A stretch of DNA of 63,618 nt, the filler included, from Folioceros fuciformis (lineage: Eukaryota), in NCBI GenBank assembly GCA_049999805.1. It is 13 parts of 13 records of this genome, joined end to end, with 100 filler letters (N's around TTAATTAATTAA, not from the genome) between each part and the next. Parts side by side here need not be neighbours in the genome. Positions count along the whole stretch, not along the records: positions 1 to 4,310 come from JBNGIO010005294.1; positions 4,411 to 14,613 come from JBNGIO010005295.1; 11 more parts are not named here. The stretch is one strand, 5' to 3'. The notes beneath the pieces were generated by a model that was not told the origin of the DNA, searched no databases, and was given only the letters and a program-made list of their open reading frames with translations. Position 1 is the first letter of the stretch. The number at the start of each line of letters is the position of its first letter. The translations under genes were made by a program, and so were the position numbers. Below, one piece after another: positions 1-11,689 of the stretch.

Positions 1-39
1 TTTTAGCGGCTGCCTCTACGGTGGTTTCCTCTCACGGAG

Positions 40-950
40 ACCAGCCTTATAGGAGCTCGCATCTAGGTGCAGCTCTCTTGTGGCATTGCCGGCTCGCGCA
101 CCTCAACCCTGCTCGATTGCTTGCCAACTCCCAGTAAGACTTGTACTAGGACAAACTTCCTAAGCTTCCGTCAACAAAGCCTCTCTGCGAAGCTTGTGTC
201 CTTGCTAAACAGCGAAGTTCCTCTTATCCTACTCTTCTTGCTCGTCAGTCTTTGGCACCTCTTGATTTGGTCCATGTAGATTTATGTGGTCCTCTCCCTG
301 TCTCGTCTTTAGGCAGATCACTTTATGACTGTTGTGGATGACTTCATTCGATATACGTTTACGTTTCCTATCCGTCTTAAGAGTGACTCGTTTAATGTGT
401 TCTCACCCTTTGTTACTATGGCTGAGTTACAAACTTGCCGTACACTTCGGTGTATTCGCTTCGATAATGCGGGAGAACTCAACAACCATTAGTTTTGCGA
501 CTTTTGCGAGCAGCGTGGTGTCTTGCGTCAATTTACAGTGCCCTAGACTTTTGAGCAGAACGGCGTTGCTGAGAAGGCCTATGGCGATTTGATGTCCATG
601 GCTCGTGCCATGTTGGCACAGTCTCAGCTACCCAAGTCCTTTTGGGCTTAGGCTATGTCTACTGCAGTGTACATTAAGAACAGAGTCCTCACCAAGTCGG
701 TTTATGGCCGTACTCCATATGAGTGTTGGCATGGGAGCAAGCCTTTAATTTCACATCTTCGTGTTTTTGGTTGCCTTGCCTATGCTCTTGTCCCATCATC
801 GCTTCGCGACAAGCTTGATGCTCGTGCTCNNNNNNNNNNNNNNNNNNNNNNNNNNNNNNNNNNNNNNNNNNNNNNNNNNNNNNNNNNNNNNNNNNNNNNN
901 NNNNNNNNNNNNNNNNNNNNNNNNNNNNNTCACCTTTGATGAAGCTAAGA
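40..950 (+). mobile_element. Ty1/copia pol remnant (GAG-pre-integrase and integrase core), decayed
   Basis: Manual translation gives LWHCRLAH, CEACVLAKQ, LDLVHVDLCGP, IRFDNAGE, EQNGVAEK and YIKNRV..TPYECWHGSKPLISHLRVFGCLAY, interrupted by stops and frameshifts. Confidence 0.93.
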
Positions 951-1036
951 TAGTGCCTGCTCTTGCGTTGTCATTTGAGCCTCCTCAGCTGTTTTTTTTA
1001 GCTTTATTTGCTTCTTCAATATTGACATAAGGGATA

Positions 1037-1545
1037 GAGGGATGTGTGACAAGGAAGGGCTGGGTGATAGAGGGATGTGCAACATAGAAGGGTTGGGTGG
1101 CAGAGGGATGTGTGATAGGGAAGGGCTAGCAGCACAAGGGTGTGCAACAAGGAAGGGCTGGGTGGTAGAGGGATGTGCAACATGGAAGGGTTGGGTGGCA
1201 GAGGGATGTGTGATAGGGAAGGGCTAGCAGCACCGGGGTGTGCAACAAGGAAGGGCAAGGCGGTAGAGAGATGTGTGAGAAGGAAGGGCTAGGCACGAAG
1301 AGGGGTGTGCAATAAGAAAGGGCTAGGTGGCACAGGGGCGGCATAGAGGTGTGCAACAAGGAAGGGAAGGGCTAGGCGAAAGAGGGGGCGGCGGAGAGGT
1401 GTGCGATAGAGAAGGGATAGACGATGGAGGGGTGTGCAATAGGGAAGGGCTAGGTGGTAGAGGAGTATGCAACAAGGAAGGGCTAGGAGGCATAGGGATG
1501 TGCGATAGAAAGGGTTATGCGACCGAGGGGTGTGTAACAAGAAAG
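1037..1545. repeat. Degenerate ~33-bp minisatellite with a ~98-bp higher-order unit
   Basis: Units resembling GAGGGATGTGCAACAAGGAAGGGCTGGGTGGCA start at 1037, 1070, 1103, 1135, 1168 and 1201; the block at 1070-1157 is nearly repeated from 1168. Confidence 0.9.
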
Positions 1546-1726
1546 GTCGACAAGTACTCTCCCATGTAGAACAACCATGTTTTCATTCTCTTTTCTCTTC
1601 GATCCCATGGGGCCATGAGTATGGACTTCCTAAAGCTTAACAAGAGTATGCAAAAGCATGTCATAGTCGTAGGAATGTAGCACCTTGTTCTTTTCTTCTT
1701 TCTTCAATATTAGACTTCTTTCAAGA

Positions 1727-2075
1727 ATGCATCTCCATTGCTCTACAAAGAGCACTAATGAATGCAGTTTGTAGGATAGTGATGAGGGAGAGAAGGCATC
1801 TTTAGTGCTCTTTGTAGAAGGCATCTCCGTTGCTCTACAAAGAGCATTGATGAATGCAGTTTGTAGGATAGTGACAAGTGCGAGAAGGCATCTTCATTGC
1901 TCTACAAAGAGCACTGATGAATGACAAGTGCAAGAAGGCATCTTCATTGCTCTACAAAGAGCACTGATGAATGACAAGTGCGAGAAGGCATCTTCATTGC
2001 TCTACAAAGAGCACTGATGAATGACAAGTACGAGAAGGCATCTTCATTACTCTACAAAGAGCACTGATGAATGCA
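1727..2075. repeat. 50-bp tandem repeat (about 4 copies plus two longer variants)
   Basis: GAAGGCATCTTCATTGCTCTACAAAGAGCACTGATGAATG... occurs at 1884, 1934, 1984 and 2034; a short inverted copy lies at about 1803-1818. Confidence 0.92.
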
Positions 2076-2530
2076 GGCTATAGGATATTGATAAGGGTGA
2101 GCTTTTTTTAGATCCATGAGACTTTAATTAAAGACAGAATGAAATGCAAAAAGTCCCTAAGTTCCTAAGAGGACGAGTAGCAACCTATGCAAGGCTAATG
2201 ACAATGAGACATAGGTTGGCACAACCCAAGTCTAAGGGACGAAAAAAATCAATTCTATGACATTCCAAAGAAACTCAGCGACTTGCATCTTGTCTTAATC
2301 TGAAAACGTGACCTCAAAGCTCTCTTGAAGTTGCCATTCTTGCCCATTCTGTGCACAATGAATACATGTGCGTATGCACATCAACCTTATGTTGGATTAG
2401 GTGGAGACCTCTTGATTCCCTTGTCACAGTCATAAAGGCAAGCTTGATAGCTTCATTGGCATTAATGGTAAGTAGAGCCTTCTTGATTTAAAATCACAAT
2501 ATCCAAAGGGCAATAAATAAACATTGGAGT

Positions 2531-4310
2531 TACAGTCAAACCCCTCTAATTGGGACCCCTATAAATGGGAACCCCCTTTAAATGGAACTCCCGGGCTTAC
2601 TTCCTTGAATGTGCTACATGCTAAATGGGAAACCTCTAATTTGTAAATGGGAACATGTCTCCCAAACATTCAATGCAAGTACACCTCTGTAAAAGGGAAA
2701 ATACATATTTAAAAATAAAAATAAAAATAAGGAAATTGGTTTATCGAGATTAAATCACGAGTTATTGAGATCATATCAAGTTAAAGGCTATTGAGATTAT
2801 ATCATAAAACATAGACAGTCATCGAGATTGGGCCTATATATGTAGTAGTTCTGTACACTATGCTTTGCGACCGGAAGTATTGTTCTCAGTACATAAGTTG
2901 TTTCATTATACAAGTTGTCTTATGGTGTTGTAAGTTGTTGTCTTGCTATGAGATATTTTGTATGCGTTCTCTTTGAGGTGTAGGAACAATGCCGCCCAAG
3001 CCGCTGCGCAAGCATGCAACCCTAACAAAGCAACAAAAGAAAGAGGTTTGCGAATATGATGTTCAACACTCTTGCACACTTAAGGAGTTGACTAGATGGA
3101 CAACAGAGAAGTTCTCAATAGCAACTTCTAAAAGTGCAGTGTCTAGGATTGTAAATGAAAAAGACAAATGGTTGGACCCTACCATTGGTCCAACAACTAG
3201 TATGGCAGGAATGAGGGATAGACCAGTCGTATGCTCAAAGGTTGACCACGCAGTACACGTTTGGGCTCTTGCGATCCAAGCTCTAGGTGCCACAATTTCA
3301 GATGACTTGCTTCGTGAGATGGCTTCCAAATTCCACGAGAGGATTCCTAAAGATGAGAGACCAAAAATGACATACCATAGAGGTTGGGTTGCTCGCGGGA
3401 AGAAAAGGTATAATTTTAAATTAGTTGTCAGACATGGAGAGCCAGGGAGTGTTGACAATACAAAAGCAATGAACGTAGCTATTAGAGAGCTGCAACTTCA
3501 AGTTCTTGATTATGAAGCTGCAAAGGTTTTTAGTATGGATGAGATTGGTCTTTTCTTCAGAGCACCACCAAACAGGACACTTGCAACAATGCGCGTTGTA
3601 GGACGGAAGCAGTTTAAGGACCGGTTGACAATTGGACTGACAATGTTGATGGATCTTGCAAGTTGCCACCTTTTGTGATTAACAGATATGTTAGGCCTCG
3701 TGCTTTTTCCGTCAGGAATGTTCAAAATCCCGAGAATTTGAATATTATCTGGTCTGCAAACCAAAAGGCATGGATCACAATAGAGCTGTTTGAGAAGTTT
3801 TTGCTAGATTTTGACCAGAGGATGGTTGCATCAGGGCGGACTAGAGTGTTACTTATAGCGGATGATTGTCTTGGGCATCGGTTTGATAATGCAGCTTAAT
3901 TGCGAGTTGCAAAGGTGGTTTTCTTTCCACCCAATGTGACAAGCGTATATAAACCTTTGGACTAGGGGATCATCCGTTCTTTCAAAGCTCAGTATCGCAA
4001 GTTGATGATTTCGTAGCAATGCAACCAGATCATAGACAATGCGGCTACAACTATTGATGTGTATCAAGCAGTGGTTATGCTGGTAAAAGCTTGGACTTCA
4101 TTTGTGAGTCCTCATACCATACGCAATTGTTGGAGGCATAGCACTTTGGATGCGGAATTGCGTGCACAAGATGCTTGATTCCGTGAGTCTTTGAATATAA
4201 ACAGCGCACCATATGATCCAGAGGATCCATTGTCGGATCCTCAAAATCACTCTAATTCGTTGAAAACGCAGGTAGAAGAGCTACAACAGTCCATGCGAAG
4301 CTTAGCATTA
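2531..4310 (+). mobile_element. pogo/Tigger-like (Tc1/mariner superfamily) DNA transposon, right end cut off by the scaffold edge
   Basis: TA followed by CAGTCAAACCCCTC at 2531-2546 fits a TA target site plus a CAGT-type TIR. Subterminal AAATGGGAA-like motifs recur at 2561-2700, and a transposase follows. Confidence 0.85.
2989..4150 (+). pseudogene. CENP-B/Tigger-type DDE_1 transposase, frameshifted and with stops
   Basis: N-terminal HTH region (LTKQQKKEVC..SKSAVSRIV), then FSMDEIGLFF, KAWITIELFEKFL, LLIADDCLGH and PPNVTSVYKPLD*GII. There are 32 codons between the second and third catalytic Asp (DD32D). Confidence 0.9.
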
Positions 4311-4410
4311 NNNNNNNNNNNNNNNNNNNNNNNNNNNNNNNNNNNNNNNNNNNNTTAATTAATTAANNNNNNNNNNNNNNNNNNNNNNNNNNNNNNNNNN
4401 NNNNNNNNNN
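4311..4410. other. Artificial scaffold linker (44N-TTAATTAATTAA-44N); identical linkers start at 14614, 16178, 26814, 29781, 31141, 36368, 49353, 50638, 55215, 57910 and 62405
   Basis: Twelve identical 100-bp blocks; the 12-mer places stop codons in all six frames. Confidence 0.99.
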
Positions 4411-4798
4411 TTACTTCCAAGGAATTCCAGTCCTATTGCGCTGATGAAGGCATAGGATGTCAGCTAACAATTGTATACACTCCCCAAAAAAATAGAGTAG
4501 CTGAGCACATGAACTTAACCTTGCAAGAGATGACATCCTCTTTGCTTCATCATGCTCACCTTCCTTTACCTTATTGGGCAGAAGCCTTGTCTACTGTAGT
4601 CTACTTACGCAACAGATTACCAACTAATGCAGTTGTAGGGATGACTCCCTATGAGGCATTTTCTGGACGCAAGCCTTTTGTCCTTCACCTTCGTACATTT
4701 GGGTGTGTAGCTTATTCCTTCATTCCTAAAGAGAAACGTAAGAAACTCTTAGACAAAGCCCAGAAGCTCATGATGCTAGGCTATACAGAAGGAATAAA
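4411..4798 (+). mobile_element. Ty1/copia integrase fragment interrupted by a nested element
   Basis: YWAEALSTVVYLRNRLPT..TPYEAFSGRKP..HLRTFGCVAY..MLGYTEG, after which similarity stops at about 4798. Confidence 0.9.
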
Positions 4799-6358
4799 TG
4801 TAAATTGTCGAGTGGAAGCGAGAATACTTGCTTAATCTCTTGGTAGATAAATTGAACAACGAATGTCAACAACCAAAAAAGTCTTAATACCATTCTAGGT
4901 AACGCTTGGCTAAAGGTCACCTTCATTAACCTAAACGACCACAGTCTACTTGACCTAATCTATAGGTTAATGTTTAATACAATATATGTATATCACCTAT
5001 ATATGTATATCTTATCTAACACCCCCTCTTAAGCTTAACCATTGATTGTCCTTAAACAATAGAAAACCCCTGCACGGGGCACCTAGACACGAGAAGTTGG
5101 CAGCAGTTGGAATCATCACGCGCCTTTATACCCGAGCACCGAGCACGCCCCATCCTAAGCCAGCTAAGTCCAGCTTACACTAGGAGCGTACACCAGTGGT
5201 ACAGATCGGGGAGCGCATCAAAAGCGCACTTCTCAAAGATGACGCTCACCCTTGCTACAGCTGTGACAAGAATCGAGCTGGTCATCTTCTTGCTTGCAAA
5301 CCTGTTCAGCTTAGCCACCATGAGAACTCGCAGTGGGAAGTGCTATCAGCGTGTGGGGACTCTGAGTAAGCGAGAAGTAGTGCGAAGGTCTGCCGGAGCC
5401 GCTAAGAAGGACCCGTCCAAGGACTTGCCCGATTCTTCTATCTCAACCGCGGAAAGGAAAGAAGATGCTGCCCGCGGCTGGGATTGGGATTACAAGACCG
5501 GATGGGGGCAAAGAGTCCACATAGGGGCCTTCAATCTCGAGCTGAGTGTGAGCCTGATCTTCGGAGTTGTGAGAACTGGAAAGGCTCGAGCTAACCTTCC
5601 TCCAGAAGCTATTGGGGAAGCTGGGAGGCAAACCCTCATTCAGCAGCTAGAGGAAACTATGAAACTACTTGAAAGGATCAAGGACGTGATGCCCAGGGAA
5701 GTTGAAGAGGAAGAGGGCTAACGAGAGGAGCCACTGCTAGGTGATTAGTTTTTCCAATAAGCTTCATCCACATAGCCTGGCCCCAGGGTTTCTTTCCTGC
5801 TGACTTCTGCATTTACCTGTGACAGACTGGGAAGAAGGCCTGCTGGACCAGAGGGCAGTGGTACCGTGCCATAAAACAACTGTGCGCCACATCCGTCTGC
5901 ATCCACGAGAGCCCCCCCCCCTTTCTGCCAGATAAGTCACTGATCAAAATGGATTGTGAAGTCATGTAGGCCTAATCCCTCCATGTGGGGATAGTGTGTG
6001 TTCTTAGGTAGGCCCTTCGTCAGAATATCAGCTGTGTTATCGTCTGTATTTATGTAATCAACCTTGATAACTCCACGAGCTACAACATCACGTATGTAAT
6101 GATGCTGCACCTCNNNNNNNNNNNNNNNNNNNNNNNNNNNNNNNNNNNNNNNNNNNNNNNNNNNNNNNNNNNNNNNNNNNNNNNNNNNNNNNNNNNNNNN
6201 NNNNNNNNNNNNNTACTCAGCCTCTATTGAGCTTAAAGCTATCGTAGGCTGTTTATTGCTGCTCCAATTCACAACGGCTGAGGCAAGGAGAAAACAGTAT
6301 GTCGAAAGGCTCCGCCTTGAGTCTGAATCTAAACCCCAGTCCGCATCTGTGAAGCCGT
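4799..6358 (-). mobile_element. 3' end of a Ty1/copia element: RNase H (5937-6358), ~900-bp post-pol region, PPT (~5022-5031) and 3' LTR (~4799-5021)
   Basis: GFTDADW..SRRS..IALSSIEAE and HYIRD..NTADILTKGL on the minus strand; AAGAGGGGG directly precedes TGTTAG at 5021. Confidence 0.8.
5320..5721 (+). CDS. Intact 133-aa accessory ORF, antisense to the enclosing copia element, function unknown
   Basis: GCCACCATG start context, no stops, basic N-terminus (MRTRSGK..), a Trp-rich centre (GWDWDYKTGWG) and a helical, acidic C-terminus. An alternative in-frame ATG lies at 5239. Confidence 0.5.
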   Translation: MRTRSGKCYQRVGTLSKREVVRRSAGAAKKDPSKDLPDSSISTAERKEDAARGWDWDYKTGWGQRVHIGAFNLELSVSLIFGVVRTGKARANLPPEAIGEAGRQTLIQQLEETMKLLERIKDVMPREVEEEEG

Positions 6359-9300
6359 TGCCACTAATATGTACTGATTTTGTCGGATCTTGGTCTTTGG
6401 CTGGATAGGTCCCACGAAAGTGATCCCCCATTTCTCAAATGAGGCCAAAGCCAGAATCGGGACCAAGGGCCACTGCGTTGTCGCTGTTGGTTTACCGACT
6501 CTCTAACACGCATCGCACTTCTTTACGAACTCCCTTGTGTCCTTGTACATGGTTGGCCACCAGTAGCCCATCTCCATAATCTTCTTACAGGTGATGTGCG
6601 CGGCAAAGTGCCCACCTACTTCCCCCTCATGCAACCCTGATAGTACTCGATCAATCCTCCCTTCCGTCACCCAAAGTTTCTCTCGCCCATTTGGGCCTAC
6701 TCGATACAGCTCATTCCCATTGCGAATGAATGGTCGTGCATAGCGCATGAATACCTGCATCTGCTGTCAGGATAAATCAACAGGAATGATGCTCGTTTCC
6801 AAGTATTCAGACACTTCCTGATAGGTGGGTTTGATGAAGCCGACCCTCCCCTTCTCATTTCATGCCATGCCTTCATCTTCACATCGTCTTCGGTTGGGCA
6901 CGGCCGCTTCGTCCTCTATCTCTGCCGTGAACAGAGTTTCATCGGGAAACTCATCCTTGTGATTCTGGATTACCTCCTCCGTCTGCATATGCGAATATAG
7001 TCTGCGTTCACGGGCTTACTGCCCTCCATCGTCTCCACCACAAAGGTGAACTCTTGTAACAGAAGGATCCACCTCGCGATGCGCATTGACAAGTCCACCT
7101 TGTTCACCACATGCTTAAGCGCAAAGTGATCCACATGAAACATGAACTCATACAAGAGTGGGTAGTGTCGAAATTTCCGGACTGAGTACACCATCCCCAA
7201 CGCTTCCCTCTTAGTAGTCATGTACTTCCACTCCGCCTCTATGAGTTGTCGCCCAACATAGTAGATGGGGTAATCACGCTTCATCTCATCTCACTGGCTA
7301 AGCACAACTCCAATCGCGAAGGCCGAGACGTCGACATACACATGAAACTTCTTGCTCTAGTCTAGTCCTTTGAGAGTTGGCGCCAAGATGAGCGTCATTC
7401 GCAAATCCTAGAATGCTTCCTCCCTCTGCGTCGTCGAATACCACTCCTGATCCTGTCGCAACAAACTGGTCAATGGTGCAGCCCTCTTGGCAAAGTTCTT
7501 GATGAACCTCCTGTAATAACCAACCATGCCTAAGAATCCTCTTAATTCCTTCAGTGTTGTCGGAGGTTGGAGAGCTGTGATGATTCTGACCTTGTCGGGA
7601 TCAACTTCAATGCCCCTCGTGGAGATACAATGCCCCAGTAAGATTTCTTCTACCATACCAAAATAACACTTCTCTGGATGCAGACATAACTTGGCCTCCC
7701 TGCATCTCTCCAGACACCTCCGCAAGTGTCTCAAGTGGTCCTTCTCTGCTCCGAACACACAAAAGTCGTCCAGGAATACTTCCATGAAGTCGTGGAGAAA
7801 ATCCTTGAAGATCTTGACAATCGCCCTCATGAAAGATCCTAGCGCTCCAGTCAAACCAAAGGCACTACGTTTGTAGGCATAAGTTCCCCAGTCGGTGGTA
7901 AATGCAGTTAGTGGCCAGTCGCTTTCCCGAAGATGAAGCTGATTATATCTAGAATACCTGCCACCAAGTCCACAATGTTGTCGATGAATGGTAGTGCAAA
8001 GTGATCTTTCTGGGTTACCTTGTTCAACCTCCGCCAATCTTGGCACACTCTGATCTTGCACAATTGCTTCTTAGGTACCACAACAATTGGCGCTACCCAC
8101 TCCGAGGTGACAATGGGATAGATAATGTCTTCCCTGAGGTACAGTTCTAGCTGCTCCTTAACCTTTAGTGAATACTTCGGGTTCAGCTTCAACTGTGGAA
8201 TTCTGACTGGCACCGCCCTAGGTTCCAATTCAATCTTATGCTTTCCACACTCCTTAGGTATTCCCTTCATGTATGTGACGTCAAAAGCAAAAACATCGAT
8301 GAACTCCGCTAACAACTCCTTCATCCCCTTTTTCAGTACCACGTCCAGCTTAGTGGAGAACTTGAGCACTTTCCCTGGCAACACTTCCACGTCCTTGATC
8401 TCATCTGCCTATACCCATTCTCGCTCCACAAGTGCCGAGGTAACTCCAAATCCTTCCTCCGGCCTTCGAGGTCCCGTCTCATTCCCCACTCATGGAAGAG
8501 TTCCTCTGAGGTGAAACGTGTGACGCCCTCCTGCGACCCCTCTAGCGTAGGCAACTCCACTCCTTGTTCCTCTACCTTTGGCTTCACAGATTCAGCTACT
8601 TGGGTAGTGGATTCTACTACTTCCAATTTGTCCTCAACTACCTCAGTAGCTGATTCCACTACCTCCGGTTCGGGTTCCTCGACTGTGCAGTCCTCTGTCA
8701 TTCGGTAGCAACTTACCAGGTGGGGTAGGTTCCGCTGGTAATCCTTCTCTTCATCTGACCAAGAGATATGAGCAAAAGGAAACCTCTCCTCCTCTTCAAT
8801 TCTCCCATCCGTATCTTCCGCAGAAGTGTACCCATCAGTCTCAGTAGGTGTCTCCCCAGCATACATGTCCTTGCTCCACGACAAGCAGATCCGTCCCTCC
8901 TTGGTCTTTGGGTCCCAATCCAACGGTTTGAAGCCTTTCGTCCCCACCTGAAGGTACATCTGGCACCATACATCCATGTCCTCCCAATCAACACTTTGTA
9001 TGCCGAGGCCTTCTCCTTAATCACAACGTAGTCCATGAGATACGGGATGGTGCCAATGTGGTTCAATACTCCAATGATTTCTCCCACAAGTGCCATCTTC
9101 GACATGTCTGCCAGTCGCAAGACCTTAGTTGTATGCTCGATTTCCCATCCCAGCTTTGGGGCTGTGTCTTCTGTCATGATGTTCACCCCAGACCTCGTGT
9201 CTAGAGGCACTTTCTTAGTCACACACCCTACAATTTCTATCTGTAACTCAGCTGGTCCTTGGTCTGCAATGGACACTAAATTCACAGTGTGGGCTCTTGG

Positions 9301-11670
9301 TCTTACTCTTGGTAAGCTCCGCTTCCTCTTGGGCTGAGCCGCCTTCAATGCCCTTCGTAACTGCTGTCTGTACCGAGGCGTGTCTCGGAGAAGTTGACCA
9401 AAAGTCACCATGAATTTCTGGTCCATGATGGCTTCTGCCAAGTCGAGGACCTCCTACACTTGCATCCTCCTCTTCTCAGCTTCTGCTCCAGGTTGGTCAA
9501 TCCTATTTCCAGGCCCCTCCTAGGTTCCAACAGTCACTGAGTCATGTTGCCCCTCGCCAACCATTGCTGGGCAAAAGGGGGTCTGATCCTCCTCTTGAAT
9601 CATCTCCATCACTTCCCTTTGGACGTCTGGGGGAAAACCAAGTGCTCTCAAATTTTCCAGCCGCAAGGTTCCCCCTGTTGCCTCAATTCCCTAGGTCGGA
9701 TCACCTTCTGTCCGGTCAGCCCTCTTTGCGCATGTCGCGGGATCAGCGGTCGCCTCGTTTTCTTCTTCAGCTCCGTTTTGGCTGTTTGGCGCTTCCTCCC
9801 GAGTCTACGACGATGGCGCCTCCTTCTCTTCCCCACTTGCAGAAGTCGAAGTGTCTCCTAAAGCTTCAGACGTACTGGAGGGAGCGAGTCGCCCCCTTTT
9901 GCTTTGCTTCTTCGGCGCTTCCTTCCTGGCTGGTTCGCCGATCTCCTTGCTACCCTTAGATGTCCCACGGGTTTGGACAGCCATGGCGGGCGCATCCTTA
10001 TAGTACTTCCCATCTAGGCTCCCCATACCCTCCAACTCTCTCAGCATGTTAGCTTTAGTTTCCTCCCATACTGCCGTGAGTGCGTCCTCCACTTGCACTA
10101 CAAGTGGTGCGTTTGTCCCAGCTGATTGAATCGCTGCAGCTGGGGTCGGAGGGATCCTCACGTGTTTTTTTGGCGCGGAACAAAGAATACTGCCAGCGAC
10201 ATGTCCTGTTTGCTTGCAGTCTATACACAACCTCTCATAGTTGCCGTTCCCTTGTCGCGTTGCTGAAGTACAACTGCTTGCAAAGTGGCCGATCCCCCGA
10301 CAGTTATAACACTGAATGGTGGTTAGTTGTCTCGGGCCCCTAGCCGGCTGATTTTGCATTCCCACGGAAGCATTGTTTTGGAGGATACGGAGTCTTCGGA
10401 TATCCAATCATCGACGTCGCTCCCTGAATTTGGTGGGTGTCTTCCAGGTACGTTTCCTCTTCTCCCTCCTCATAGTCCATCATCTGCACCTTCACTTGGG
10501 GACAACTCGCTCTTGAATGTCCCTGTTGTCCGCAAGTCAAGCAGTAGAGGTTGGCTCTTCCTCCTATTGTGACTCTCCGCCTCTCGTGGTCCTTTACAGG
10601 GTTGATGTGGAGTTTCTCCAACTTGGCCAACATTTCCTCCATCTTATTTCCTTGCTATTCCACCTTCTTAGCTGCCAACTCCACCTCCTTCCTCACTTGC
10701 TCAGCACCCCCTCCTTGCGCTCACAACCTCCAACTTCATCTTCACCAACTCCTTGCTCTTGGGTTGGCGCTTCCAACTTGACTCAAGCTTTGACAACTTC
10801 TTTTTTTTCCTCCTACTCCGTTCATCACCGGATGAGTCTTCTTTTGAACTGGGCGGATCCTCGGCCGACGAGCTATCTGAAAAATCTTGGGAGGAACTCT
10901 CCTCCTTCGTTGAGTCATCCTCTGAGGACGAGGAATACTTTTCCTTCTTCCTCCTCTAGTCCTTCTTCTTCCCATCGCGGCTTCGCCTCTCCCCCTTCCT
11001 TGGCTTCTTTTTCTCTTCTGCATTAGACTCCTCATAGTTCAATGCTGCCCATATTGCTCTCTCCAAGTCCTTCTCCACTTGCAAGCGCACATGTTTCCCC
11101 ATCACCGAGCCTAGACCCCTTGCAAACCAACGTATGCTATCATTTCCGAATGGGGTCTAGCTCGATCCCATAGACTGAGGAATCTCTCCACATAAGCTAG
11201 CAGTGTCTTGCTCTGCCTCCATCGCAGTCGCTCAAGTTTGGACAAAATGTATCCTTCTACATCCACCCCTTGGAACCTTTCGCAAAAAGCTATCTTGAGT
11301 GCGTCAAAGGTAGCTGGTGGAGTAGACGACTTGAGGTACTCTCGCTTGTACCACTTGGCTGCAGCTCCCCGCAAAACCCCATAAAACAACTGTACATGCT
11401 GCGCATCCCCTGCCTCCTGATTGGCAATGGTTAGCTGGTCAAAACGCTCAACAAAGTCGTCAGGGTCCTCATACCCTTTCTTCTCTCCATACAGTGGGTA
11501 AGACTGTTTAGTGGTCACGGCTACTAGGGTAGTAGTCATCGCTACCGTTGCTGCGTTTACAGCAACTAGAGTAGCGGTCACAACTACCACACCTAAATTG
11601 ACCTCTACCCCTACGAAGTTTGTCTGAATTAAAGCTGAGCAGGGGCGACTAGGGCATGACTCAACCACTT
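6359..11670 (-). mobile_element. Ty3/gypsy (non-chromovirus-like) gag-pol, decayed, integrase truncated
   Basis: Domains in order: gag (EDPDDFVERF..GAAAKWY), Zn knuckles CLTCGQQGHSRASC and CYNCRGIGHFASSC, protease (LDTRSGVNIM), RT (WVAPIVVVPKK, VFLDDF), RNase H (EALGMVYSVRKFRHY, RIARWILLLQEF) and integrase (GGHF..YWWPTM..CDAC, FEKWG). Confidence 0.93.
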
Positions 11671-11689
11671 GATGTGGGTCGGGAGGCGC

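Noticed and set aside
4355-4366. Recurrent TTAATTAATTAA palindrome and ORFs ending in ..LIN
   Set aside because: It is always centred in an identical 44N+12+44N block, so it is an artificial linker. Adjacency across linkers has no biological meaning.
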